Below are positions 26,195 through 36,517 of a DNA stretch of 64,000 nt, piece by piece. Numbering within the stretch: the stretch's first letter is position 1; every line of letters starts with the position of its first letter. The stretch comes from Mobula hypostoma (taxonomy: Eukaryota), in the NCBI RefSeq assembly GCF_963921235.1, contig NC_086097.1, positions 142,540,001-142,604,000 of the forward strand, given 5' to 3'. Both the position numbers and the translations under genes were made by a program. Below the pieces are notes generated by a model. That model was not told where the DNA came from, did not search any database, and was given only the letters and a program-made list of their open reading frames with translations.

Positions 26195-26808
26195 ACTTCA
26201 CCTGTGAGTCGGCTGGGGTGATATACTGTATCCAGTGCTCCCGATGTGGACTTCCATATATTGGCGAGACCCGACACAGACTAGGAGATCATTTCGCTGA
26301 ACAACTACACTCTGTCTGCCAGAGAAAGCAGGATCTCCCAGTGGCCACACATTTTAATTCCACATCCCATTCCCATTCTGATATGTCTGTCCACGGCCTC
26401 CTCTACTGTAAAGATGAAGCCACACTCAGGTTGGAGGAACAACACCTTATATTCCGGCTGGGTAGCCTCCAACCTAATGGCATGAACATTGACTTCTTAA
26501 ACTTCCCCTAATGCCCCACCTCCCCCTGGTACCCCATCTGTTATTTATTTATATACACACATTCTTTTTCTCTCTCTCCTTTTTCTCCCTCAGTCCCTCT
26601 CACTATACCCCTTGCCCATCCTCTGGGTTTCCCCCCTCCCGCTTTTCTTTCTCCCTAGGCCTCCTGTCCCATGATCCTCTCATATCCTTTTTGCCAATCA
26701 ACTGTCCAGCTCTTGGCTCCATCCCTCCCCCTCCTGTCTTCTCCTATCATTTCGGATCTCTCCCTCCCCCTCACACTTTCAAATCTCTTACTAGCTCTTC
26801 TTTCAGTT

Positions 26809-26844
26809 AGTCCTGATGAAGAGTCTCGGCCGGAAACGTCGACT
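26809..26844 (+). ncRNA. Hammerhead motif with mutated stem II
   Basis: AGUC-CUGAUGA-AGAGUCUCGGCCG-GAAA-CG-UC-GACU. Confidence 0.6.
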
Positions 26845-27132
26845 GTACCTCTTCCTAGAGATGCTGCCTGGCCTGCTGCGTTCACCAGCAACTTTGATGT
26901 GTGTTGCTTGAAAGCAGTGTGAGGTAACTTTCCAAAAGACAAAGGAAATGGTGGCGTCAGACACTTAACTCACATGTTATGATCCCCATTATCCAGTCAA
27001 GCTTGCCTGTGATGCCTTGTCTTATGGTTATAGGTACAGTCAATGTCGCATGATGGAAGTGAATGCCCTGTAGCTTTTGCATCACATTCACTTAGTGCTG
27101 CAGGGAAAAATTATGCACAGATTGACAGAGAG

Positions 27133-27720
27133 ACATGTAAGGGAGAGAGTTGGGATGTTATATTGAAGTTGTTTAAAATGTTGGCGAGGTCTAATTTGGA
27201 GTACTGTGTGCAGTTCTGGTCACCTACCTGCAGGAAAGATGTCAATAAGATTGAAAGAGTGCAGAAAAATTTACAAGGATGTTGCCGGGACTTCAGGATT
27301 TGAATTATAGGGAAAGGTTGAATAGGGTAGGACTTTGTTTCCGAGAGTGTAGGATAATGAGGAGAGATTTGATGGAGGGATGCAAAATTATGAGTGGTAT
27401 AGATAGCGTCAATGCAAGCATGCTTTTTCCACTGAGATTAGATGAGCCTAGAACTAAAGGTCATGTGTTAAGGTTGAAAGGTGATATGTTTAAGGGGAAA
27501 ATGAGGGTGAATGTCTCTACTCAGAGGGTGGTGAGAGTGTGAAATGAGCTGTCAGTGGAAGGGGTAGATTCTGGTTTGACTTCAAAGTTTAAGAGAAATT
27601 TTGGATGGGAGGGGTATGGAGAGCTATGGACTGGGTGCTGGTTGATGGGATATATTCAGAGTTCAGTATGACAAAGATGGGCTGAAGGACATGTTTCTGT
27701 GCTGTAGTGTTCTATGACTA
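27133..27720 (+). mobile_element. CR1 3' fragment
   Basis: LEYCVQFWSP..IERVQK and MLPGLQDLNYRERL. Confidence 0.85.
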
Positions 27721-28277
27721 TCAGGGCAGCAAACCACACGCCATCATAAATTGAAGTTATATCACCTGTCCTCCATTCTCACTGGGTCTAAATCCGTTTT
27801 TCTCGAACAGTTTTGTGGGAGTACCTCCACAAAGACTGCACTGGTTCCAGGAGACTGCTCCTCACCACTTCCTCAAAAAAAAGGTTTAGAGTAATGCTGG
27901 CCTTGGCAACAATGCCTACATCCTAACACAAGATACTGCATTTTGATGCATGTGTACACCAGAGAAAGACAGTGTCTTCAATCAATCATTGGGGTTGGAA
28001 TCAAGAAATAGCATAGTTAAAGTGAATAATCTAAATTAGTCTCATTCAGACTAACCAAAGTGTAACAATTAGAAGAGGTGAGTACTGAATTGAAAGACTT
28101 GCTGGAAACCACAAATTAACACAAGAAGCTCATTAGTTGGTGCCTGGCAGAGAACCATGTTGTGCATGAGATTAGTCATAAACAACAGGAGTTCTGCAGA
28201 TGCTGGAAATTCAAGCAACACACATCAAAGTTGCTGATGAACGCAGCAGGCCAGGCAGCATCTCTGGGAAGAGGTAC

Positions 28278-28313
28278 AGTCGACGTTTCAGGCCGAGACC
28301 CTTCATCAGGACT
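28278..28313 (-). ncRNA. Minimal type I hammerhead ribozyme motif, intact core
   Basis: Minus strand AGUC-CUGAUGA-AGG(GUCUCGG)CCU-GAAA-CG-UC-GACU. Confidence 0.8.
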
Positions 28314-30772
28314 AACTGAAGGAAGAGTTAGTAAGAGATTTGAAATTGGGAGGGGGAAGGGGAGATCCAAAATGATAGGAGAAGATAGGAGGGGGAGGGA
28401 TAGAGCCAAGAGCTGGACAGGTGATTGGCAAAGGGGATATGAGAGGATCATGGGACAGGAGGTCCGGGGAGAAAGACAAGGGGGGGAGAACCCAGAGGTT
28501 GGGCAAGGGCTATAGTCAGAGGGACAGAGGGAGTAAAAGGAGAGTGAGAGAAAGAATGTGTGTATAAAAATAAATAACGGATAGGGTACGAGGGGGAGGT
28601 GGGGCATTAGCAGAAGTTAGAGAAGTCAATGTTCATGCCATCAGGTTGGAGGCTACCCAGACGGAATATAAGGTGTTGTTCCTCCAACCTGAGTGTGGCT
28701 TCATCTTTATAGTAGAGGAGGTCATGGATAGACATGTCAGAATGGGAATGGGATGTGGAATTAAAATGTGTGGCCATTGGGAGATCCCGCTTCCTCTGGC
28801 GGACAGAGCGTAGGTGTTCAGTAAAGTGGTCTCCCAGTCTGCGTCGGGTCTCGCCAATATATAGAAGGCCACATCGGGAGCACCGGATGCAGTACATCAC
28901 CCCAGCCGACTCACAGGTGAAGTGTTGCCTCACCTGGAAGGACTATCTGGGACCCTGAATGGTGGTAAGGGAGGAAGTGTAAGGGCATATGTAGCACTTG
29001 TTCCGCTTACAAGGATAAGTGCCAGGAGGGAGATCAGTGGGGAGGGATGGGGGGAACGAATGGACAAGGGAGTCGCGTAGGGAGTGATCCCTGCGGAAAG
29101 CGGGGGGGGGGGGAGGGAAAGATGTGCTTAGTGGTGGGATCCCGTTGGAATAATATGTTGGATCCGGAAGCTGGTGGGGTGGTAGGTGAGGACCAGGGGA
29201 ACCCTATTCCTAGTAGGGTGGCGGGAGGATGGAGTGAGAGCAGATGTGCGTGAAATGGGGGAGATGTGTTTGAGAGCAGAGTTGATAGTGGAGGAAGAGA
29301 AGCCCCTTTCTTTAAAAAAGGAGGACATCTCCCTCGTCCTGGAATGAAAAGCCTCATCCTGAGAGCAGATGCAGCGGAGACGGAGGAATTGCGAGAAGGG
29401 GATGTCATTTTTGCAAGAGACAGGGTGAGAAGAAGAATAGTCCAGATAGCTGTGAGAGTCAGTAGGCTTATAGTAGACATCAGTGGATAAGCTGTCTCCA
29501 GAGACAGAGACAGAAAGATCTAGAAAGGGAAGGGAGGTGTCGGAAATGGAGCAGGTAAACTTGAGAGCAGGGTGAAAGTTGGAGGCAAAGTTAATAAAGT
29601 CAACGAGCTCAGCATGCGTGCAGGAAGCAGCGCCAATGCAGTCGTTGATGTAGCGAAGGAAAAGTAGGGGACAGATACCAGAACAGGCACGGAACATAGA
29701 TTGTTCCACAAAGCCAACAGAAAGGCAGGCATAGCTAGGACCCATACGGGTGCCCATAGCTACACCTTTAGTTTGGAGGAAGTGGGAAGAGCCAAAGGAG
29801 AAATTATTAAGAGTAAGGACTAATTCCGCTAGATGGAGCAGAGTGGTAGAGGGGAACTAATTAGGTCTGGAATCCAAAAAGAAGCGGAGAGCTTTGAGAC
29901 CTTCCTGATGGGGGATGGAAGTATATAGGGACTGGACATCCATAGTGAAAATAAAGCAGTGGGGGCCAGGGAACTTAAAATCATCGAAAAGTTTAAGAGC
30001 GTGAGAAGTGTCACGAACATAGGTAGGAAGGGGGGACAAGGGGGGATAAAACCGTGTCGAGGTATGCAGAAACGAGTTCGGTGGGGCAGGAGCAAGCTGA
30101 GACAATAGGTCTGCTAGGACAGGCAGATTTGTGGATCTTGGGTAGGAGGTAGAAACGGGAAGTGCGAGGTGTGGGAACTATAAGGTTGGTAGCAGTGGAT
30201 GGGAGATCCCCTGAGCGGTTAAAGTTGGTGATGGTGTGGGAGACAATGGCCTGGTGCTCCTTAGTGGGGTCACAATCGAGGGGTAAATAAGAGGAGGTAT
30301 CCGCGAGTTGTCGCCGTGCCTTGGCAAGGTAGAGGTCAGTACGCCAGACTACAACAGCACCCCCCTTATCGACAGGTTTAATAGTAAGGTTAGGATTAGT
30401 GCGGAGGGAGTGGAGAGCAGAGCGTTCCAAAGGAGTGAGGTTGGAATGGGAACAAAGTGCGGTGAAGTCGAGACGGTTGATGTCCCGTCGGCAGTTAGCA
30501 ATAAGGAGATCCAGAGCAGGCAGAAGACCAGAGCGGGGTGTCTATGAAGAAGAGGAGGGTTGAAGACGGGAGAAGGGGTCATCGGTGGGGGTGGAAGAGT
30601 CCTTGCCGAAGAAGTAGGCTCGGAGACGGCGGAAGAAGAGTTCCGCATCATGGCGAACACGGAACTCGCTGAGGGGTGGGCGAATGGGGACAAAGGTGAG
30701 GCCCTTACTGAGGACAGAGCGTTCTGCCTCCCCCTCCCACTTTCAAATCCCTTACTAACTCTTCCTTCAGTT

Positions 30773-30808
30773 AGTCCTGACGAAGGGTCTCGGCCTGAAA
30801 CGTCGACT
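30773..30808 (+). ncRNA. Minimal type I hammerhead ribozyme motif, intact core, sense to DSD1
   Basis: AGUC-CUGACGA-AGG(GUCUCGG)CCU-GAAA-CG-UC-GACU; predicted cleavage after C30804. Confidence 0.8.
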
Positions 30809-30894
30809 GTACCTCTTCCTAGAGATGGTGCCTGGCCTGCTGCGTTCACCAGCAACTTTGATGTGTGTTGCATGAGATTAGTCATCATGGCTTT

Positions 30895-32600
30895 TGAACT
30901 TAATAGGTATTTTGTGTCAGCTTTCACTGAGGAAGACACTAATAGGATGCCAGAAATGCAGGAGTGTCAGGATGCAGAAGTGAGTGCAGTTGCTATTCCT
31001 AAGCAGAAGGTGTTTGGGAAGCTGAAAGGTCTGAAGGTAGATAAGTCACCTGTACCAGATGGACCTCACCCCAGGGTTGTGAAAAAGGTGGCGGCAGAGA
31101 TTGTGGAGGCATTAATAATGATCTTTTAAGAATCACTAGATTCTGGAATGGTTCCAGAGGACTGGAATATTGCAAATGTCACTCCACTCTTTAAGAAAGG
31201 AGGGAGGCAGAATAAAGGAAATCATAGGCCGATTTCAGTGGTTGAAAAGGTGTTGGTCTATTAACAAGGACGAGGCTTCAGAGTACTTGGAGGCGCATGA
31301 CAAACTAGGCCAGAGTCAGCATGGTTTCCTTCAGGGGGAATCTTGCCCGACAAATCTATTAGAATTCTTTGAGGAAATAGCAGGCAGGATAGAGAGAGGA
31401 GAGTCACTGGATGTTGTGTACTTGAATTTTCAGAAGGGTTTTGACAAGGTTCCACACATGAAGCTGCTTAACAAGGTAAGAACATGTGGTATTACAGGTA
31501 AGATACTAGCATGGATAGAAGATTGGCAGACTAGCAAGAGGCAAAGAGTGAGAATACAGGGGGCCTTCTCTGGTTGGCTGGCGGTGTCTAGCGGTATGCC
31601 AAGGGTCCGTGTTGGGCCTGTTTCTTTTCCCATTATACGTACATGATGTGGATGAAGGAATTGCTGGCTTTGTGCCAAGTTTGCGGACGATATGAAGGCA
31701 GATGGAGGGGCACGTAGTGTTGAGGAGGCAGGGTATCTTGTAGAAGGACTCTGACAGATTGGGAGAATGGACAAAAAAGCGGCAGAAGAAATTTAGTGTA
31801 GGGAAGTGCATGTTCATGCACTTTGGTAGAAGGAATAAAATGTGAGCTATTTTCTAAATGGGGAGAAAATTCAAAAGTCAGAGGTGCAAAGGACTTGGGA
31901 GTCCTCATGCAGGATTCCCTAAAGGTTAACTTGCAGGTTGAGTCAGTGGTAAGGAAAGCAGATGTAATTTTGCCATTTATTTTGAGAGGACTGGAATGCA
32001 AACACAAGGATGTAATGCTGTGGCTTTATAAGACATTCATTAGATCACATTTGAAATATTGTGAGCAGTTTTGGGCTCCTTATCTAAGAAAAGATGTGCT
32101 GGCCTTAGAGAGGGTCCTAAGGAGGTTCACGAAAATGATCCCAAAAATGAAAGGAATAAAATATATGGAGCACTTGATGGCTCTGGCCTATACTTGCTGG
32201 AGTTTAAAAGAATGAAGGCGGGGGGGGAATCTCATTGAAACCTATTGACTATTGAAAGACCGAGGTAGAGTGGATGTGGAGAGGATGTTTCCTTTAGTGG
32301 AGGAGTTTAAGACCAGAGGGCATAGTCTCAGAATAGAAGGATGTCCATTTAGAACAGAGATAAGGAAGAAATTCTTTAACCAGTAGGTGGTGGAATCTGT
32401 GGAATTCATTACCACTATGGCTGTGTAGGGTGTCATTGGTGGAGGTTGATAGGCTCTTGATTAATCAGGGCATCAATGGTTGCAGGAAGAAGGAAGAAGA
32501 ATGAGGTTGAGGGGGATAATAAATCAGCCATGATGGAACGGCAGAACAGACTAGATGGGCCAAATGGCCTAATTCTGCTCCAATCCCTTATGATCTTATA
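30895..32600 (+). mobile_element. Degenerate CR1 LINE
   Basis: Frameshifted RT pieces: DKSPVPDGPHPRV, SQHGFLQG, KFADD, YCEQFWAPYLRKD. Confidence 0.88.
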
Positions 32601-33240
32601 GTCTTGTCATGTCTGAGGCCTCATCAGCAGCTGAGTAAATCTGGTGACTTTGGTACCTCACTGTTACCATTTCATGGCACTACACCATTTGCTTGTCTCA
32701 CCCACACCACTTGTTTGCTCTGCCCATGTCCTTGAACTCTTCCTCTCCCTTTAAATTTCCTTCATACACTAAATTTGACATTTTCTGCCTCACCTTCCAT
32801 TCTCCTGCAGATTCTGAAAATGTAGAAATGGATGAGTATTTCTGAATAAATGCTTGTTGTGTTTTGTACAAATCATGAAGTAATCTCACATTTGTCCATT
32901 TGTTTCTCCTTCCCCCTTTGTCTCTTCTCTGACTCCTTTATACAATCTCTTCATTTTCATCCCATTGTTCCAACATCTGTTCTCCTCCCTCCATAACCTT
33001 TTAATCTTTCCTGCTGTACTCTATTTCCCTCTTAAATTCGTTGCTCTCCTTTCTGTTCTATCTACTTCTGAATTCTCTCTGTTTCTTTATTTGTTTTTCC
33101 CCATTTGTGATGACTTTCTTTCATACACTTTCTGCCTATTTGATTCATCTCTCTCTCCCCCCCTCCCTCCCTCTCTTCCTCATTTTCTCTTACAATCTCT
33201 CCTTCTATCTTCCTGTTTCTTTTTTTTTCCCTCCTGACAG

Positions 33241-33330
33241 GCCTGTGCAACTGCAGCAATGCATCCCGTCTACTACGTGCATTCGGAAGGGAAAATTATA
33301 GCTGAATGGAGACCAACACGAGGCTGGTAG
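33241..33330 (+). CDS. DSD1: D-serine dehydratase terminal coding exon
   Basis: Long polypyrimidine tract ending ctcctgacag|GCC. Encodes [33 protein letters not shown] (TAG), completing the PYHACAT Zn motif and the typical RGW C-terminus. Confidence 0.95.
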   Translation, partial: ACATAAMHPVYYVHSEGKIIAEWRPTRGW

Positions 33331-33615
33331 AGATGTTGAAGAACATTTTACCGGTTGCTTGGCAAACAGGAGAGAAAGCATACAAATTTAGGCTTAGAAG
33401 TTCATCATTTTTTTTTTAGGTCAAACAGTTACAATGTCCCTATTGCTGTTTTCAAAAACTCTCCAAGGTATTATTTCCAAGGTGGTGCAGAGGTTCTATT
33501 TTGTGTTCTCTGTGTTCAATGGAAAGCTCTACTGACAAAGTGAGGAAACTTCAGTTTTGATAAACACCATTATTAGACTGATACCTGGAAGGACCATTTG
33601 GCTGCACTGCAAAGA

Positions 33616-33621
33616 AATAAA
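33616..33621 (+). promoter_or_regulatory. Candidate polyadenylation signal for DSD1
   Basis: AATAAA ~285 nt after the stop codon; no transcript evidence. Confidence 0.4.
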
Positions 33622-33851
33622 AAGTATAGATATTTATAGAGCTCTTCATGCCTTTCCAGACACCTGGAGGTGAGTTTGCAGAGTTTTGTAGCTCACTGTC
33701 TATAGAAGTGCCTGACCCTTAAATAACATTGAAACTTAACCATCAGTATTATTAAAATGCCATGCCTTTATGAGAGAACATCGCTGGTTGTGATTCTCAC
33801 AAATGTAGTTGAAAATCTCACCTGAATCGAATTTTGGATGTCGCACTATTG

Positions 33852-34557
33852 CAGTTGAGTACCTCTTATCTGAAATAACAAAATCTGAAAAACTCCGAAA
33901 TCCAAACTTTTTTTGAGCGCTGATGTGATGTCAGAAATGGAAAATTCTACAAGGTGCTGGAAGGTTCCCAGGTGACATTCAGGTCATTGAGCACCACAGA
34001 CAGTTCTGAGAAGTGACCTCACATATATGACGAACAGAGTTTAATGAAAAATAGAAAAAAAACATTGCTTAAAATGGCAAATGAAGATCTAAATCATATA
34101 TTGTAAGAGTGGATTCATCAGTGTCGGAGTGGACGTATGCCACTTAATGATATACTGATCATAAAACAAGCAAAAATCTATCATGACAACCTAAAAATTG
34201 AAGGTACTTGTAAATATTTAGCAAGGTGGTTGCAGAAATTCTAAGAAGAGGCATGGCATTAAATTTTTAAAGATTTGTGGTGATGACGTGTCTGCTGATC
34301 ACGAAGCTGCCGAGAAATTCATTAATTAGTTTGCCATGATTGTTGCCGATGAAAATCTAACATGTTGATCGGCTGCATTAGTACATATGTATGATGAACA
34401 AGTGAAAGACAAATACTGCTTAACAGTTGCACATAAATTCAGAGTCAGAAATGATAGCAATCCTGAGCTTTCTCATCATATATTCCAAAATCTTAAAAAA
34501 TCTGGAATCTGAAATACTTCCGGCCCCAAGCATTTTGGATAAGGGGTACTCAACCTG
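33852..34557 (+). mobile_element. Internally deleted Tigger/pogo DNA transposon
   Basis: Inverted ends CAGTTGAGTACCTCTTATC / GATAAGGGGTACTCAACCTG. Internal CENP-B-type HTH remnant (EWIHQCRS..MPLN..IIKQAK..WLQKF; KICGDDVSADHEAAEKF). Confidence 0.8.
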
Positions 34558-35350
34558 TGTTAATATCATTTGTGTGACTTTATTGAGAGAGGAACAATGC
34601 TAGGAGCTCATGTTTAATATCCTTATTAACGATTAGCGTGGAATCAAATGAAAAGATGTAAATTTGGTCAATGGTACATTGATACATGTTATGTCTGTTT
34701 CTTGGGCCAAGTGTAGGGACATTTTAGGTCTGAAGTCTTACAGATACACATCAGTTAAATCTTGACTGCTAAAAAAGATGATAAGCTCTGGACTCCTAAG
34801 ATGAAATACTGAAATAAAGCTTACCGTGTCAACAGCCTACGACCTCTGGGTAAATTTCCTTTTCATTTCATGGAATTTTACTTTGTTGAAGATTGTGTTT
34901 TGCTCTGTTTACACTTTTCTTATTCTTTTTCCATTCACCCTCATGTTAACCATACCTCCAGAGATCCCTTTTTCAATATACTTTAAGGTTTAAAAATGAT
35001 TTGTAACTAGTAACTAGCAAAACAAATGAGGGAGAACTAGTGTCCATGTGTATTTGGACTTTTGGAAGTCTCTGATAAGGCACCATGCAAGAGGTTATTG
35101 AATGTACTCTCTAGAATTTGCAAGAAATGAGAAGTGACCTCAATAAAATGTATAAAATTCTTATGGGTCTTAACAGAGTGAATGCAGAGATGATGTTCCT
35201 CATGGTTAGGTCATCTAGAACTAGGGATAACTGTGTCAATGTAATGGGTCGGAAAAGCTCCTCATCAAGAAAGGAGTATATAATTGTATTCTCTTCGTAA
35301 ATGGCTGTGGAGGCAAAGTCAGGATGTTGATAGATTTTTGGATATTAAGG

Positions 35351-36517
35351 AAACATAGAAACTTAGAAAATAGGTGCAGGAGTAGGCCATTCGTCCTGCC
35401 ATCCCAGGAATCAATCTGGTGAACCTTCTTTGTACTCCCTCTATGGCAAGGATGTCTTTCCTCAGATTAGGGGACCAAAACTGCACATAATACTCCAGGT
35501 GTGGTCTCACCAAGGCCTTGTACAACTGCAGTAGTACCTCCCTGCTCCTGTACTCAAATCCTCTCGCTATAAATGCCAGCATACCATTCGCCTTTTTCAC
35601 TGCCTGCTGTACCTGCATGCCCACTTTCAATAACTGGTGTATAATGACACCCAGGTCTCGTTGCACCTCCTCTTTTCCTAATTGGCCACCATTCAGATAA
35701 TAATCTGTTTTCCTATTTTTGCCACCAAAGTGGATAACTTCACATTTATCCACATTAAATTGCATTTGCCATGAACTTGCCCACTCACCCAACCTATCCA
35801 AGTCACCCTGCATCCTCTTAGCATCCTCCTCACAGCTAACACTGCCACCCAGCTTCGTGTCATCCGCAAACTTGGAGATGCTGCATTCAATTCCCTCATC
35901 CAAGTCATTAATATATATTGTAAACAACTGGGATCCCAGCACTGAGCCTTGCGGTACCCCACTAGTCACCGCCTGCCATTCTGAAAAGGTCCCGTTTATT
36001 CCCACTCTTTGCTTCCTGTCTGCTAACCAATTCTCCACCTACACCGATACCTTACCCCCAATACCGTGTGCTTTAAGTTTGCACACTAATTTCCTGTGTG
36101 GGACCTTGTCAAAAGCCTTTTGAAAATCCAAATATACCACATCCACTGGTTCTCCCCTATCCACTCTACTAGTTACATCCTCAAAAAATTCTATGAGATT
36201 CGTCAGACATGATTTTCCTTTCACAAATCCATGCTGACTTTGTCCGATGATTTCACCACTTTCCAAATGTGCTGTTACCACATCCTTGATAACAGACTCC
36301 AGCAGTTTCCCCACCACCGACGTTAGGCTAACCGGTCTATAATTCCCCGGTTTCTCTCTCCATCCTTTTTTAAAAAGTGAGGTTACATTAGCCACCCTCC
36401 AATCCTCAGGAACTAGTCCAGAATCTAACGAGTTTTGAAAAATTATCACTAATGCATCCACTATTTCTTGGGCTACTTCCTTAAGCACTCTAGGATGCAG
36501 ACCATCTGGCCCTGGGG
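35351..36517 (-). mobile_element. CR1 LINE with nonsense codon and internal 3' deletion, inserted in an older CR1 remnant
   Basis: ORFs 36039-36488 and 35319-36038 are in one frame separated by a stop. Deletion junction near 35393 joins ORF2 to the tail. Confidence 0.9.

Larger units (their letters stand above)
25035..26910 (+). mobile_element. Penelope-like element (RT thumb/linker, GIY-YIG, 3' terminus) nested in Gypsy pol
   Basis: RVPLV.TYHP, CYTCPY linker, IYCIQCSRCGLPYIGETRHRL. 7 bp TSD AAAGCAG (25028-25034, 26911-26917); the Gypsy frame WQWTK|QCEVTFQK resumes after it. Confidence 0.9.
21210..27132 (+). mobile_element. Degenerate Gypsy LTR retrotransposon (gag, protease, RT, RNase H) with several nested insertions
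   Basis: gag LSAMGGKAYSLLRSL (~21650), Zn knuckle CYHCG (~23519), protease IDTDSAVSVIP, RT YMDDII (~24702), RNase H YDP..PVKLACDA and PVAFAS..KNYAQIDRE. Degenerate PBS near 21315. Truncated by CR1 at ~27133. Confidence 0.88.
28180..30870 (-). mobile_element. Near full-length Penelope-like element (RT + GIY-YIG) with inverted terminal segment
   Basis: IKPVDKGGAVVVW, FYLLPKIHK, FTMDVQSLYTSIPH, GTRMGPSYA, FLRYIND and GIY-YIG (28607-28933). Inverted 3' terminus at 30724-30870. TSD CATGAGATTAGTCAT (28165-28179, 30871-30885). Confidence 0.93.

Noticed and set aside
25398..28607. Recurrent Pro/Ser-rich ORFs (SVSPDEGSRPETST..) as a repeated protein family
   Set aside because: Translations of the non-coding PLE terminus; PDEG..PET is simply the hammerhead core read as codons.
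30349..31129. 189-196 aa ORFs
   Set aside because: Span PLE antisense or alternative frames, the inverted terminus and CR1; chimeric.
32900..33240. Hydrophobic ORFs
   Set aside because: Polypyrimidine tract upstream of the DSD1 terminal exon.
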